Under the pieces are notes generated by a model. That model made no database searches and was not told the DNA's origin. It saw only the letters and a list, made by a program, of their open reading frames with translations. A stretch of 62,716 nt of DNA, the filler included, from Squatina squatina (lineage: Eukaryota), in NCBI GenBank assembly GCA_031763465.1. It is 4 parts of 4 records of this genome, joined end to end, with 100 filler letters (N's around TTAATTAATTAA, not from the genome) between each part and the next. Parts side by side here need not be neighbours in the genome. Positions count along the whole stretch, not along the records: positions 35,406 to 49,323 come from JARFOE010000051.1; positions 49,424 to 62,716 come from JARFOE010000001.1; 2 more parts are not named here. The stretch is one strand, 5' to 3'. Positions 37,051 to 50,391 of the stretch are shown one piece after another. The number at the start of each line of letters is the position of its first letter. Within the stretch, counting starts at the first letter, position 1. The position numbers and the translations under genes are program-made.

Positions 37051-40000
37051 GTAATGTATTACATGGAATAATTTATGTTTAGAAGAGGAGACAATTACAA
37101 ACTCAACATTATACCTTCAAGACTCAAACTGGAAGATATGTACTGATACCATATGTATTACTAACCAACTGCCTAATTTGTGTCTCAAAAATGGCTTTGC
37201 TTTATTCAACTGTATCTGAAGGTCCCAGATTCAATCCCAAATCTATGCTAGGTAGCCAATTTTGGCCTGGACAGCAGTGAAAGTTCTGTCATTTATCTCA
37301 GCATTGCAGACTAGGAAGGGAAAATAAGGAAAAAAAGTAATGAAATTCCTGAGTCTAATGGCTATGCAGACTCTTGTTCATCAATTGTTTCAGTGTCGGT
37401 AACAGGGCGTGGTACGATCNNNNNNNNNNNNNNNNNNNNNNNNNNNNNNNNNNNNNNNNNNNNNNNNNNNNNNNNNNNNNNNNNNNNNNNNNNNNNNNNN
37501 NNNNNNNNNNNNNNNNNNNATAGTATGGTTTTGTAGCAGGTAGGACAATATGCAACTGAATACTGAACCTCTGACATACGTTTTAACGTATCCAGGAGTC
37601 AGATCCAGGTGTGGAGCAGATGTCCGAGTTCAACAGCAGCTAAAGGAATAGGAATCCGCTAAATACATCTGGATAGGTTGCAGTCATGAGGATCTCCAGC
37701 TTCTTTTCAACTTACAGTAATGTAAATATCTCCTCTCAGGGAGATGTAGCAAAATACCTCCTTTGGTGTGTGTAGTACTATACATTGAAATTACTTTCCC
37801 CAGAGTGACCATCCTCTTTCCAAAGTCTCATGAAAGTATCAAAATATTTGCTGGAAAAAAAGGTGAGAAACCCGACTAGTAACTTGCTTCCAATATAGTG
37901 CATTACCAGATATTCCATTATCATTCCCAACCTCAGTAAAACACACTTTGATTTGTCAAGTGATATTTTTCTTTCAGTAGCAAAGATGACAAATGTAGTG
38001 AAAAGAAAAGGAAAAGCTGAGAAAATCAAAGACAAAAATTGAACATAAACTAGATAACAGTCAAGATAATTATGAATATAAAAAGAAACTGGGATAATAG
38101 GTTAAGAAATTGTTCTTTTTGGGTTATGAATTCTGAGATTTTACCTGTTTTCTTGAAACTACAAGGAATAACAACCTGAAGTAAATCAGTATTCCTGTGA
38201 AATACTGTGTTCTTAGTTAACATTGACACCATTTAAAAAAAAGACTCCAGAGGAAGGTAATGATTTAACATATTGTGGTAAAATGAATGCAATGAAATGA
38301 GATCTTTATGTAAGGTATGAACAGGGCCTTTATGAGTGAAGTGTGTTAGAGCTCATGCACTGACTGCTAATCACCTATAAAAGGGATTTAAAATTGTTTA
38401 AATAAGGGGCACAGCAACAAAACCACAGAGCAGTACAGACACACAAACATACCCATTTGTCCAGATCAAGAGGCTTGCATAGTGGATAAAAAATGAAAAG
38501 CAGAAACAATTATTTTCAATTTGCACCACTTTCTGGACTGTCCCCCACCCCACCCCACTATCCCAGTGGCCAACGACAACTTTGATGACAGTGACCTGGA
38601 ACAAAGCAGATATTACAATATGTCCAATTAACTTAAATCTGGTCAAGTATAATATCTGATGGCCAAAAATAGTGGTAATGGTGACACAATGGTCATTGGG
38701 TATTTTAGATTGTTGGCTCGTTAATCACTGGAATCGAGGGCAANNNNNNNNNNNNNNNNNNNNNNNNNNNNNNNNNNNNNNNNNNNNNNNNNNNNNNNNN
38801 NNNNNNNNNNNNNNNNNNNNNNNNNNNNNNNNNNNNNNNNNNNATTGTGTTGTTTTTCTTACATGCTTTTTTCAGTGTTTTGAATTTGTTTAAAGTTGTT
38901 ACTTGGACTGTTTTGCAGCATAATTATTAATTATTTATACAAGGGTAAATATATTTTTAGACTTCCTGAAAAAAATTGTGTATGCTGTTTGCTAGGTCAC
39001 TAAAAAGCTAACCATTTTCAAGACTTGAACAGTAATCAAACTTGAACAGATCATAAAGCGGACAATGAAAATGGAGATATTCCAATACAAACTTCCACAA
39101 AATCTCAGAGTGTCACAAGGAAACAATGTGCAAGATATAAAGTTCCACAGTGATTAAGGCAAAATTAATAATGGATTGGTTTTGGACATGCCATTAAAAA
39201 AAAGTATTTCATAAAAAAGAATTCTGTACTGCAGAGGGATGTGGATGCTCAGTCGTTAATTTAATATTTAAGACTGGGATCGATACATTCTTGGGTATTA
39301 AGGGAATCAAAGGATTATGGGGATAGGGCAGAAAAGTGGAGCTGATGTAGAAGTTCAGCCATGATTTTACTGAATGACTGAGCAGTATTGAGGGTCTTTA
39401 CGGCCTACTCCTGCTCTTATTTTACATTTCTTAGGAGTGCAAACAGGTAAGCAGTCCTCATGAAGATTCCTTTGGGAAAACCTGCATTATACCAGTCGAT
39501 TGCTATCAATGTTATTTTTTTGTTCCACTTTTCAGTAATGAGTGTCCCACATTCAGCCAGACAAACGGAAACATATTTTATTTTACCTCCTTCATTTTAT
39601 CCTCAGTTGTCATGGAAATTAACAATCGTAATTACAGGTGCTGCAGATACATTAAAAACCTATAATTCAGCTCTGGAAGCTCTTATGATTGATTACGTGC
39701 TTTTAAGTTCCAAATAATGCAATTTAGATGAGAAAATGACAATATCCAAAAGTAATGGCTTTAAAAAGACCAAATAATTTTGATAATTTGACCCATTTTA
39801 ATGATTAAATATAAAAATAACACATTCAGTCTGGTTATCTGCTGGGATGTACTGAAGAAATAAAAATGTCAGGAATAGCTTTCTTAGTGGTGACTAAATG
39901 GCTACAAATATTTTAGGAACAAATTGGAACTGGACATAATATCAGAATTTTAAAAGGAATTTCTTTATATTAGATTTATTGTATAGGGAAATCTCATTCT

Positions 40001-41544
40001 CAGAAATATTAATATCCCAACAAATTTATCATGTAACCAATGAAAAGACATGTCTGCTATTGAACACCCATTTATGCACTGAAAATTAGAGTACCAATCC
40101 TCCACAATTAAGCTCATATTAATAAGTACCAAATAAGGAATATAGGTCTGGTGTCTGGATTGATCATCTTACTCTCTAAATGTTTACTCCAATTCAGCTA
40201 TTGGCAAGAACCAAAAGGAGTGCAATCCTTTTTGTAACATATGAAATCAGTTTCAGGTTGGATTTACAAGCATAAGCAGCACAGAAAATGCAGCTTCTTT
40301 ACATTCAAGGGTCTTTTAATACAGAAATTTCAAATCAAATTGTTTAATGATAGATTTACCTGCATTACACAATAGTACCAAAATTACTGACGGTTAATAT
40401 TAATTATCAACATTACTTATTGAACTTTTTGTATGTCGCATTCTATGATTTTTTTTTAAAGCCAAAACTACGCACAATTATATTTTTCCAAATGAAACTG
40501 ATTACATAACTCAGAGCACCGCCAAAGAATGTGCCACAATCTTTATATTTTATATTCAGGGGAGAAAAAGGATTACAAGAGGCACACTAAATGTATAACA
40601 ATAAGGAACAGCTGTAAAGGAGGAGGGAGAATTAATGGAGCAAAGGAGGACGAACAAGTCTCTTGTGCTTCAAAGAAAAAGTTCAGTTTAAGAAGGGAAG
40701 TAGTAAGAATAGCAATGCAATATTAGTAAAAGATTCAGTGGTTTNNNNNNNNNNNNNNNNNNNNNNNNNNNNNNNNNNNNNNNNNNNNNNNNNNNNNNNN
40801 NNNNNNNNNNNNNNNNNNNNNNNNNNNNNNNNNNNNNNNNNNNNTGGGTATTGGCCAACTGTGACAGAGGGATTTGATGAATTGACAAATTACACCTTAA
40901 ACAGAGCCACAATGGATTCTCTGTTTTCATTTCTTATAAAAGAGAGTGAAACTTTCCCGGACCACGTGGATGTTGATGGTGCAGCAAGAGATCCATCAGC
41001 TGTCAGAATTTAAGACCTTCTCTGTAGACATCGGCAGACATCAACATTCACAAAATGCTGATAACTTGGACTTAATATTTTGCCTTACAGAGGCTCAGAC
41101 TTAACCCATTCAGGGTCACTTGTTATCTTCCGAGACAGCATGCTCGATTTGGGAGATATGGAAGTTACCACCAAACTAATTGCAAGCACTTCTATTGCTC
41201 ATGTAAACACAGCATGTAGAACCAACAAACCTGAGCACCAGTAGTTTCAGAAATTGGAATAGATAAAGATAAATTCACTTGAGTTCATGCTTTAAGAACT
41301 CGAATGGGAAATGTACATGAAGTTTAAGGGGTGACGGTAGTCTACGTGGTTCTGCTAATTGCTGTGTCTCAAGGAATGTACTTAGTTGGAAAATAAAATT
41401 GAACATTTGCAAAACCTGTCAGTCCAACAGTATTGCTGTTTGAATTTGCGATCATGTTGTTCTGATAAAATGGACTAAGGCACAACATAATCGCCAGGTA
41501 CTTTTGGGAAATTAAAGGAAATCTAAAAGATGGAACGAGTGGAA

Positions 41545-43280
41545 ACGTTTCATCTGTTTCAAATGATGGCAGAGCTCCGCATGATAGAACCGAAGACAAC
41601 ACTGTAGAATTTGCAACCACCTTCAGCCAGATGTGCCGAGCAGATGATCCATATCAGCCTCCTCCTGAGATGCCCAACATCACAGACGACAGTCTCCAGA
41701 TTTGTGATATTAAGAATTGACTGAGCACACTGGGTACAGCAAAGGCTGTGGACCCCGACAACATCCCGACTGTTGTTTTAAAGACTTGAACTCCAGATAT
41801 AGACAGGCCTCGAGCCTGTTCCAGTACAGATAAAACACAGGCATCTATCAGACAATGTGGAAAATGCCCAGGTCTGTCCCATCACAACAAACACCACAAA
41901 TCCATATGAGCAGTTACCGTCCCATCAGTCTGCTCTCATTCAACAGCAAAGTCTTGGAAGTTGTTGTCGACAGTGCTATCAGCCGACACTTACTCACAAA
42001 TAAACTGTTCACTGATACCCAGCTTGGACCACTTGGCTCTAAACCTCATTACAGCCTTCGACCAAACATGGAAACCAGAGCTGAATTCCAGAGGTGATGT
42101 GAGAGTGACTGCCCCTGACATCAATGCAGCATTTGAATGAGTGTGCCATCTGAAAGACTCTGAGTAAAACTGAAGTCAATGGGAATGAAGGAGGAACATC
42201 TCCACTGGCAGGAGTCATACCTCGCAGAAAGGAAGTTGGATGTGGTTGCTGGAGGTCAATGTTCACAGCCACAGTACATCACTGCAGGAGTTCCTCAGGG
42301 CAGTCTCCTTGGCCCAAATATCTACATATGTGTCATCAATGACCTTCCTCCATCATAATATCAGATGTGGGGATGTTCACTGATGAATCTACAGTGTTTG
42401 GTGCCATTCCAAACTCCTCAGATAATGATGCAGTCCATGCCCGCATACAGCAAGACCTGGATGACATTCAGGCTTGTGCTGATAAGTGGTTATTAACATT
42501 CGCGGCACACAATTGCCAGCCAATGACTATCGCCAACAAGCGAAAGAGTTACCATCGCTGCTTGACATTTAGTGGCATTAACATAGCTGAATCCCATGCG
42601 ATTAGATGGCCTGGGGGTCACCATTGACCAGAAAGTTGACTGGACCAGACACATAAATACTGTGACAACAAGAGCAGTTCAGAGGCTCGATATTCTTCGG
42701 CGAATATCTCATGCCCTGACTCCCCAAAGCATTTCCACCATCTACAAGGCAGAAGTCAGAAGTATGATGGAATACTATCCACTTGTCTGGATGAGTGCAG
42801 CTCCAATAACACTCAAGAAGCTCGACAACATCCAGGACAAGGCACCCCACATGATTGGCAGCCCGTCCACTACTGTAAACATTCACTCCCTCCACTACAG
42901 GCGTACCATGGCTGTATTGTGAACCATCTTCAAGATGCACTGGAGCAACTCACAAAGGTTTCTTCGGCAGCAGCTCCCAAGCCACGACCTCGACAAAAAC
43001 TAGATGGATCAGGCCAGCCGACGCATGGGAACACCACCTCCACTGCATTCCCCTCCAAGTCACACACCATCCTGACTTTGAATTAAATTGCTGTTCCTTC
43101 ATCTCCGCCTTGTCAAAATCCAGGAACTACTTTTCAAAACGCAGTGTGGAACTACTTTCATCACACGGACTGCTGCAGTTCAAGAAATTGGCTCACCACC
43201 ATCTTCCCAAGGGCAATTATGGATGGGCAATAAATACTGACCTTGCCAGCGATGCTCACATGCCATGACCGAATAAAATA
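41545..43280 (+). mobile_element. 5'-truncated non-LTR retrotransposon (CR1/L2 group) ORF2 RT remnant with 3' tail
   Basis: YRPISLLS, GVPQGSLLGP, degenerate FTDE (YADD box), LGVTIDQK motifs with stops and frameshifts; ends ..gatgggcaataaat..gaataaa. Confidence 0.85.
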
Positions 43281-43339
43281 TATATGCTAATATATTACCC
43301 CAACACAATGAGCTCTTATGTTGTGCAGTAACTTTTTAT

Positions 43340-44100
43340 GTGGCAATTTATCGAATGCCTTTGGGAAATCCAGATGCACTATATCTGCTGGTTCTCCTTT
43401 ATTCACCCTGCTCGTTAATTCCTCAAAGAACTCTAATAACTTTGTCAAACATGATTTCCCTTTCATAAAATCATGTTGACTCTGCTTGATTTTATTACGA
43501 GTTGCTAAATGTCCTGCTGCAGTTCCCAGGATACACTGTGTCCTCTTACTTTAATATCCCAAGATACACCAGGCCCTCGTATTTCATTGTCCCAGGGTAC
43601 AACATTTATTGTACTGTAATATTCCAGGATACACCATTTCCTTTTACTGTAATGTCGCAGGACACACTGCGTCCTCATACTGTAATAGCCCAGGATACAC
43701 CATNNNNNNNNNNNNNNNNNNNNNNNNNNNNNNNNNNNNNNNNNNNNNNNNNNNNNNNNNNNNNNNNNNNNNNNNNNNNNNNNNNNNNNNNNNNNNNNNN
43801 NNNCCTTTTTAAATAGTGGGGTCACATTTGCCACCCTCCAATCAGCAGGAACTATCCCAGAATCTATAGAATTTTGGAAGTTGACAACCAATGCATCTGC
43901 TATTTCCATGGCCACCTCTTTTAGTACTCTGGGGATGTAGATTATCAGGCCCTGGGGATTTATCCGCTTTCAGTCCCATTAATTTCTCCAGCACTATTTT
44001 CTTCACGAATACTAATTTCCTTCAATTCCTCCTCACTAGACCCTTGAATCCCTCGCATTTCTAGGAGGTTATTTGTGTTCTCTGTGTGAAGACAGAACTT
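43340..44100 (-). mobile_element. CR1 RT fragments (antisense) on both sides of a minisatellite and gap
   Basis: minus strand QHDFMKGKSCLT..LEFFEE and DWRVANVTPLFKK. Confidence 0.75.
43525..43703. repeat. Degenerate 33-bp minisatellite
   Basis: units CCCAGGATACACxxxxxCCTCxTACTGTAATAT at 32-33 bp spacing, at least 5.5 copies, running into a gap. Confidence 0.8.
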
Positions 44101-45139
44101 TACCCCACAACAGCAGCTGCCAGCATCTTAATCATGGGCTGCATGTCACTCTTTTATAGTCATAGGAACCATGTCGAACAGTGTCAAGAAAAATTACCAT
44201 TTTGTCATTCGTTTGATGGAATATTATTTTCAAGATTTGTGGATGAAAATTGCCCTTCCATTATTTTCATTAATAGCTTGTTTTGTTTGCATTCAAACAT
44301 ACCAGTCAGTATGTATTCCCTGCTTGACACACAAACTCATACTCTAACTATAATGGTCAATTTGTGAACTGATAAAGACATAAGAACAAACTCTATATAT
44401 GGTTATATCAATCAATCAATGGGCTCTATTATGGGTTTCTTTGGCTATCATATTAACATATACATCATTCAACCAATATTTAAGTAATGAAAGGTTTACA
44501 TCAGGTCACTTGGAACAATAGAGGTCACGACAACTGTATGTATAAAGCTTCTTTTCTGATCAAAAATAAATAGTTGCTCAAAAAGAGAAAATCTCCATAT
44601 ATAATCAAATATTAATATGGAGATAAACCTTGAATACACACTTTCTCCTTTCCGCAAGTTGAACTTCCATTTTATTTTTCTGCTTTTAATTTCTCTTACC
44701 TGGCACAAAATATCCTCATTATAATTGCAACCCTCACCCCCGCCCGCCCACCACCACTCCCCTCAACAATGAAGACCCAACTTTCAGTTGTTTTACTTTG
44801 TATAGGCACAAATGTAAATCCAGCTACAAACCCATATAAAATCATATTAGCGACAAAACATATGCACAATAGAAAGTACACAGATTGCATAGCTTGCATA
44901 TATCATTACAAAATGAAACAGAAATATTTAGAAATCTAGAGCAAAATGATTAATGGTTTAAGTGACTGGGAGAACATTCAAGATCACAGCAGTGATCTGC
45001 TCACAGTTGACTATCTCAAGGTACAATGGCATCCACTCATGAACTGAGGAGGACATCACTATCTTTCCGAGGTTACAGGATCACTTTACTGACAAATATC
45101 AAAAGATTCAAACAAGATAACTGATGCATTCTGGGGGTG

Positions 45140-47793
45140 TCCTGGCGAATCGAATAACCAGGGCTGTAGATAGGGCTTTAAACTAAATAGTGGGGGTGAC
45201 GGTTCAGATGAGGGGAAATTTAGAAAGTTAAAGAGAAAGAAGAGGGCAATAGTGCAGGGTGGCGATATGGTAATGACAACCAGAGTGTGACAGGAAGGGA
45301 CAGAGCAGACAAACAAAAAAGCGCACCTGCAAATAAGGTCAGAGTCGGGACAAATGATGAAAAGGCAAAATTAAAAGTTCTTTATCGGAACGCACGCANN
45401 NNNNNNNNNNNNNNNNNNNNNNNNNNNNNNNNNNNNNNNNNNNNNNNNNNNNNNNNNNNNNNNNNNNNNNNNNNNNNNNNNNNNNNNNNNNNNNNNNNNN
45501 NNNNNNNNNNNNNNNNNNNNNNNNNNNNNNNNNNNNNNNNNNNNNNNNNNNNNNNNNNNNNNNNNNNNNNNNNNNNNNNNNNNNNNNNNNNNNNNNNNNN
45601 NNNNNNNNNNNNNNNNNNNNNNNNNNNNNNNNNNNNNNNNNNNNNNNNNNNNNNNNNNNNNNNNNNNNNNNNNNNNNNNNNNNNNNNNNNNNNNNNNNNN
45701 NNNNNNNNNNNNNNNNNNNNNNNNNNNNNNNNNNNNNNNNNNNNNNNNNNNNNNNNNNNNNNNNNNNNNNNNNNNNNNNNNNNNNNNNNNNNNNNNNNNN
45801 NNNNNNNNNNNNNNNNNNNNNNNNNNNNNNNNNNNNNNNNNNNNNNNNNNNNNNNNNNNNNNNNNNNNNNNNNNNNNNNNNNNNNNNNNNNNNNNNNNNN
45901 NNNNNNNNNNNNNNNNNNNNNNNNNNNNNNNNNNNNNNNNNNNNNNNNNNNNNNNNNNNNNNNNNNNNNNNNNNNNNNNNNNNNNNNNNNNNNNNNNNNN
46001 NNNNNNNNNNNNNNNNNNNNNNNNNNNNNNNNNNNNNNNNNNNNNNNNNNNNNNNNNNNNNNNNNNNNNNNNNNNNNNNNNNNNNNNNNNNNNNNNNNNN
46101 NNNNNNNNNNNNNNNNNNNNNNNNNNNNNNNNNNNNNNNNNNNNNNNNNNNNNNNNNNNNNNNNNNNNNNNNNNNNNNNNNNNNNNNNNNNNNNNNNNNN
46201 NNNNNNNNNNNNNNNNNNNNNNNNNNNNNNNNNNNNNNNNNNNNNNNNNNNNNNNNNNNNNNNNNNNNNNNNNNNNNNNNNNNNNNNNNNNNNNNNNNNN
46301 NNNNNNNNNNNNNNNNNNNNNNNNNNNNNNNNNNNNNNNNNNGAGAAAACAGATTATGAGAGTAAACTAGCAAGAAATATAAAAACTGACAGTAAGAGCT
46401 TCTACAAGGATATAAAAAAGAAGAGAGTAGCTAAGCTAAAAACATCCCAATAATAGTAGAAGATCAATGGGCGAAATGGAGGGAGGCATTAAAAACAATC
46501 ACTATCACAAGGGAAAAAGTACGAGGAAACAAATGGGTCTAAAGACTGACAAGTCCCCTGGACCTGATGGCTTGCATCCTAGCTATGGCTAATGTAACCC
46601 CACTATTTAAAAAAGGAGGGAGAGAGAAAACAGGGGATTACAGACCGGTTAGCCTAACATCAGTAGTGGGGAAAATGCTAGAGTCCATTATAAAAGATGT
46701 AATAACAGAACAGTTGGAAAGCAGTGACAGGATCGGACAAAGTCAGCATGGATTTATGAACGGGAAATTATGCTTAACAAATCTATTGGAGTTTTTTGAT
46801 GATGTAACTAGTAGAATAGATAAGGGAGAACCAGTGGATGTGGTGTANNNNNNNNNNNNNNNNNNNNNNNNNNNNNNNNNNNNNNNNNNNNNNNNNNNNN
46901 NNNNNNNNNNNNNNNNNNNNNNNNNNNNNNNNNNNNNNNNNNNNNNNAGAAAAGGCATACAATGTGGCAAAGGTCAGTGGTTGGCCTGAAGATTGGGAAC
47001 ATTTTAGAAACCAGTAAAGGATGACTAAAAAAATAAGAGGGAGAAAATAGATTATGAGAGTAAATTAGCAAGAAATATAAAAACTGACAGCAAGAGCTGC
47101 TACAAGTATATGAAAAGGAATAGAGTAGCTAAAATAAATGTTGGTCCCTTAGAGGATGAGACTGGGGAATAATAATGGGAAGTAAGGAAATGGCAGAGGC
47201 CATTTTGTATCAGTCTTCACAGTAGGCCGCGTCTGTGGCTCCCGCATTGGACTATTTAGCCACCTCATAACCCACAACTCCGGAGTGGAAGCAAGTCATC
47301 CTCGAGGGACTGCCTAAGCGAGAGGGACTAAAAATATCCCAATCATAGTAGAAAATCAAGGAGCAAAAGGGAAGGAGGAAATTAAAACAATCACTATCAC
47401 TAGAGAAAAAATATTAGACAAACTAATGTTTGTAAAGGCTGACAAGTCCCCTGGATCTGATGGCTTGCATCCTAGGGTCTTAAAAGAAGTGGCTTCAGAG
47501 ATAGTGGTTGTAATCTTCCAAAATTCCCTAGATTCTGGAAAAGTCCCAGATGACTGGAAAACCGCAAATGTAACACCCTTACTCAAAAAAGGAGGGAGAC
47601 AGAAAGTAGGTAACAATAGGGCAGTTAGCCTAACAACTGTCTTTGGGAAAATGCTAGAATCCATTATTAGGGAAGTAGTAACAGGACATTTAGAAATTGA
47701 AAATATAATCAAGCAAAGTCAACATGGTTTTATTAAAGGGAAATCATGTTTGACAAATTTACTAGAGTTCTTTGAGGAAGTAACGAGCAGGGT
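45140..47793 (+). mobile_element. Cluster of CR1 LINE ORF2 pieces (endonuclease start and RT) from at least two copies
   Basis: LKVLYRNAR (APE domain start); KSPGxDG, ANVTPLFKKG, YRPVSLTS, QHGF..GK.CLTNLLEFF; the same segment occurs twice (46343.. and 47040..). Confidence 0.9.
47225..47322 (+). mobile_element. RTE-clade LINE 3' fragment nested inside a CR1 copy
   Basis: GRVCGSRIGLFSHLITH..* terminal C/H motif typical of RTE ORF ends; interrupts the CR1 sequence after cagtcttcacagta. Confidence 0.6.
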
Positions 47794-48207
47794 NNNNNNN
47801 NNNNNNNNNNNNNNNNNNNNNNNNNNNNNNNNNNNNNNNNNNNNNNNNNNNNNNNNNNNNNNNNNNNNNNNNNNNNNNNNNNNNNNNNNNNNNCCAGGAT
47901 TGGCCTGGAGTTTCCAGGAAGTAAAGATTAATCTCCTGGACACTGCTGCGGGCAACACCCAGGAGGAAAATCAACGGGGCGTTAAAAACATCAGTTCCGT
48001 TGAACACTTCTGCTTCTCAGTCGTAAAAATATTGGAGATGGGAAGAAAGGCAGGTTGACTGACAGTCAAGAATCATCCAATCAGGTACCAAAGAGTCTGC
48101 TCATCTGCAATTGGCCCTGGGGAGGCAGTAGGACAAGTAGAAAGGATCCAGAAATAGTGGCAGAGCTCTCTGTGATCAGTAGCTGTCACTGTATACTGTA
48201 CAAAGAG

Positions 48208-48416
48208 GCTTGCATTTCGATAGCCCCTTTCACAACCTCAGGATGTCCCAAAGCTCTCTACAGCCAACGAAGCACTTTTTTCCGTGTAGTCACTGCTGTA
48301 ATGTAGGAAATGCGGCAGTCAATTTGCGCACAGCAAGCTCCCACAAACAGCAACGTGATAATGACCAGATCATCTGCTTTTGGTGCTGTTGGTTGAGGGA
48401 TAAAATATTGGCCCAG
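48208..48416 (-). mobile_element. Deu-domain SINE (SacSINE1/AmnSINE-like) 3' half
   Basis: reverse complement reads gggagcttgctgtgcgcaaattgactgccgcatttcctacattacagcagtgactacac, the Deu-SINE core as recalled. Confidence 0.75.
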
Positions 48417-49323
48417 NNNNNNNNNNNNNNNNNNNNNNNNNNNNNNNNNNNNNNNNNNNNNNNNNNNNNNNNNNNNNNNNNNNNNNNNNNNNNNNNNNNN
48501 NNNNNNNNNNNNNNNNCCCTGTCCAATTATTGGTCTAAAGTGTGGTGGGGGCAGAAACCCTCATAGCATTTTAAAAGTATTTGGATATGCACTTGAAGTG
48601 CCGTAACCTACAGGGCTACAGACCAAGAACTGGAAAGTGGGATTAGGCTGGATAGCTCTTTGTCGGCGGACTGAACATGATGGGCCGAATGGCCTCCTTC
48701 TGTGCTGCGAATTTCTATCGATAACAGAGCCTTCTGCCTTTCTAAATCTGAGTATCTGATTCAAGATACTGCAAAGACCAATCTCACATCAATTACCTCA
48801 GAATTGTTTTCTGAATTAAAAACAATGGGGCCTTAATTTGTAGTCAAAGTAACTAGCTGAGGCTAATGGTGTTTGCAGTAATTTATAGGCAAACTTCAGG
48901 TGGATTCAGATGCGTGGTTGAAGTCAAATATCCAAAAGCTGCTCTGCTTGGCCGTTAGCTTCACGAAAACCGCATCTCGCTGTCTGCCTCACCAGAGAAA
49001 TGCACTGGGCAGTGTGAAGTTCCTGTACTTGCGCAGTAGATACAAACTAAACTTGGACAAAAAAAAGTTAAGTCTTGTCCATTCCAGTCTAAGTACCCTT
49101 TTAACGGTGTGATAAGTGTTAATTACTGCGAATCAACCCCTCTGGCACTGAAGATGAACTATTACAAGTGTGGAGTCTCATTCCTTCAGGTTTGAATCGT
49201 TGTGAAGATTTAAAAAATGTAAAATTTTAAATAAATGTATTTTTTTTTTACTTTTCCTTTTTGTCTCTTCTTTCTCTCTTAATCCAATCTTTCTTTCCCT
49301 CTCTTTATTTCCCTTTCTGTACC

Positions 49324-49423
49324 NNNNNNNNNNNNNNNNNNNNNNNNNNNNNNNNNNNNNNNNNNNNTTAATTAATTAANNNNNNNNNNNNNNNNNNNNN
49401 NNNNNNNNNNNNNNNNNNNNNNN
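49324..49423. other. Artificial scaffold spacer N44-TTAATTAATTAA-N44
   Basis: identical to the spacer at 20984. Confidence 0.95.
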
Positions 49424-50010
49424 CCTTCCCAGGCCCATGTTTGATGATATAATTAGTGGTTCCCTTCACTGTCACTCTGTCCCTCTCCCTTTTCCAAACC
49501 TCTCAACACATCCCTCTTCAAAACGCTTGCCATCGACCATTGCAACCTCTCCATTTACAGCCCCATCTCTCACCTCCCTTTCCTCTCCAAGACTATTCAG
49601 CAGGTTATCGTTCCCAGATCTGTATTAATTTCTCCCACAATGCCTTGTTTGAATCTCATCGGTCCAGTCTCTGACCATCAGCGTATTATCCCTCCATGTC
49701 TTCCTCAACTTCTCTGCAGTGTTACCACGCCATCCTCCTCCACTATCTCTCTCAATGGACCAGTTCCACCAGAATGTCCTCACAAGATTCCATTCACTAC
49801 AATGGCACTGCATGATATTGAAAACCTCATCCCTCCACAGCCTCGGCTCATCCGACCTCTGCAACCTTCTCTAGATTACAGCCCCTCCCATGCTCGCTGG
49901 TCTTCTGACTCTACCCTTCTGTGAATTCTCCACCATCGTTGACAGAAATTTCAGCTGTTTCAGTTCTATATTCTATAACAACCTCACTAAATCGTTCCAT
50001 GTCTCTTAAC
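49424..50010 (+). mobile_element. Probable decayed N-terminal ORF region of a Penelope-like element
   Basis: C/T-rich, Leu/Ser/His-rich composition as in the PLE pieces at 11745 and 57840; no catalytic motif seen. Confidence 0.45.
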
Positions 50011-50317
50011 TACCCAAAAGGGCTCAGTATCGCTTTCTCTCTACTTCTCCACAGAAATTCAAGGCCACTATATAAATTCAAATTGTTCTTGTTAATCAAA
50101 TATTTTCAACCATTTTCCTTAAAAAAAAACTAGCGAGTACACAGTACAGTAAGAACAAAGCAGCAGTTGCAGGCAGCCTAACAATTTCTGCCCTTTTGTA
50201 GAAAAGAACAAACACCAATCCCGTATTATTTTGATGCTGTAGTCCTCTATGGGTTAGTTACAGGCCCTTTCAGACCCAGGTGTACATACAGCAGCAGATC
50301 GCTTTAAGACACTTTAC

Positions 50318-50391
50318 CTATTTAGTCTGCGTTCACACACCTTTTTGAGTCTCTCCCTTTCTTCATCCGAAGCTCTCTGTTTATTTACCAT
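50318..50391 (-). CDS. Candidate first coding exon of an unidentified gene
   Basis: attATGG start; MVNKQRASDEERERLKK|gtgtgt (end 50341) or ..VCERRLN(R)|gtaaag (end 50318); unique non-repeat context. Confidence 0.35.

Noticed and set aside
37210-37330. tRNA gene-like B-box sequences (also near 26370 and 7850)
   Set aside because: No cloverleaf; they look like heads of old tRNA-derived SINEs
40360-40386. 27-nt minus-strand microexon (ILVLLCNA) and a donor-like site near 44700
   Set aside because: No polypyrimidine tract and no partner exons recognised in scaffold 3
43525-43703. CRISPR-like array
   Set aside because: Vertebrate DNA; whole units are homologous with no unique spacers, and there are no cas genes
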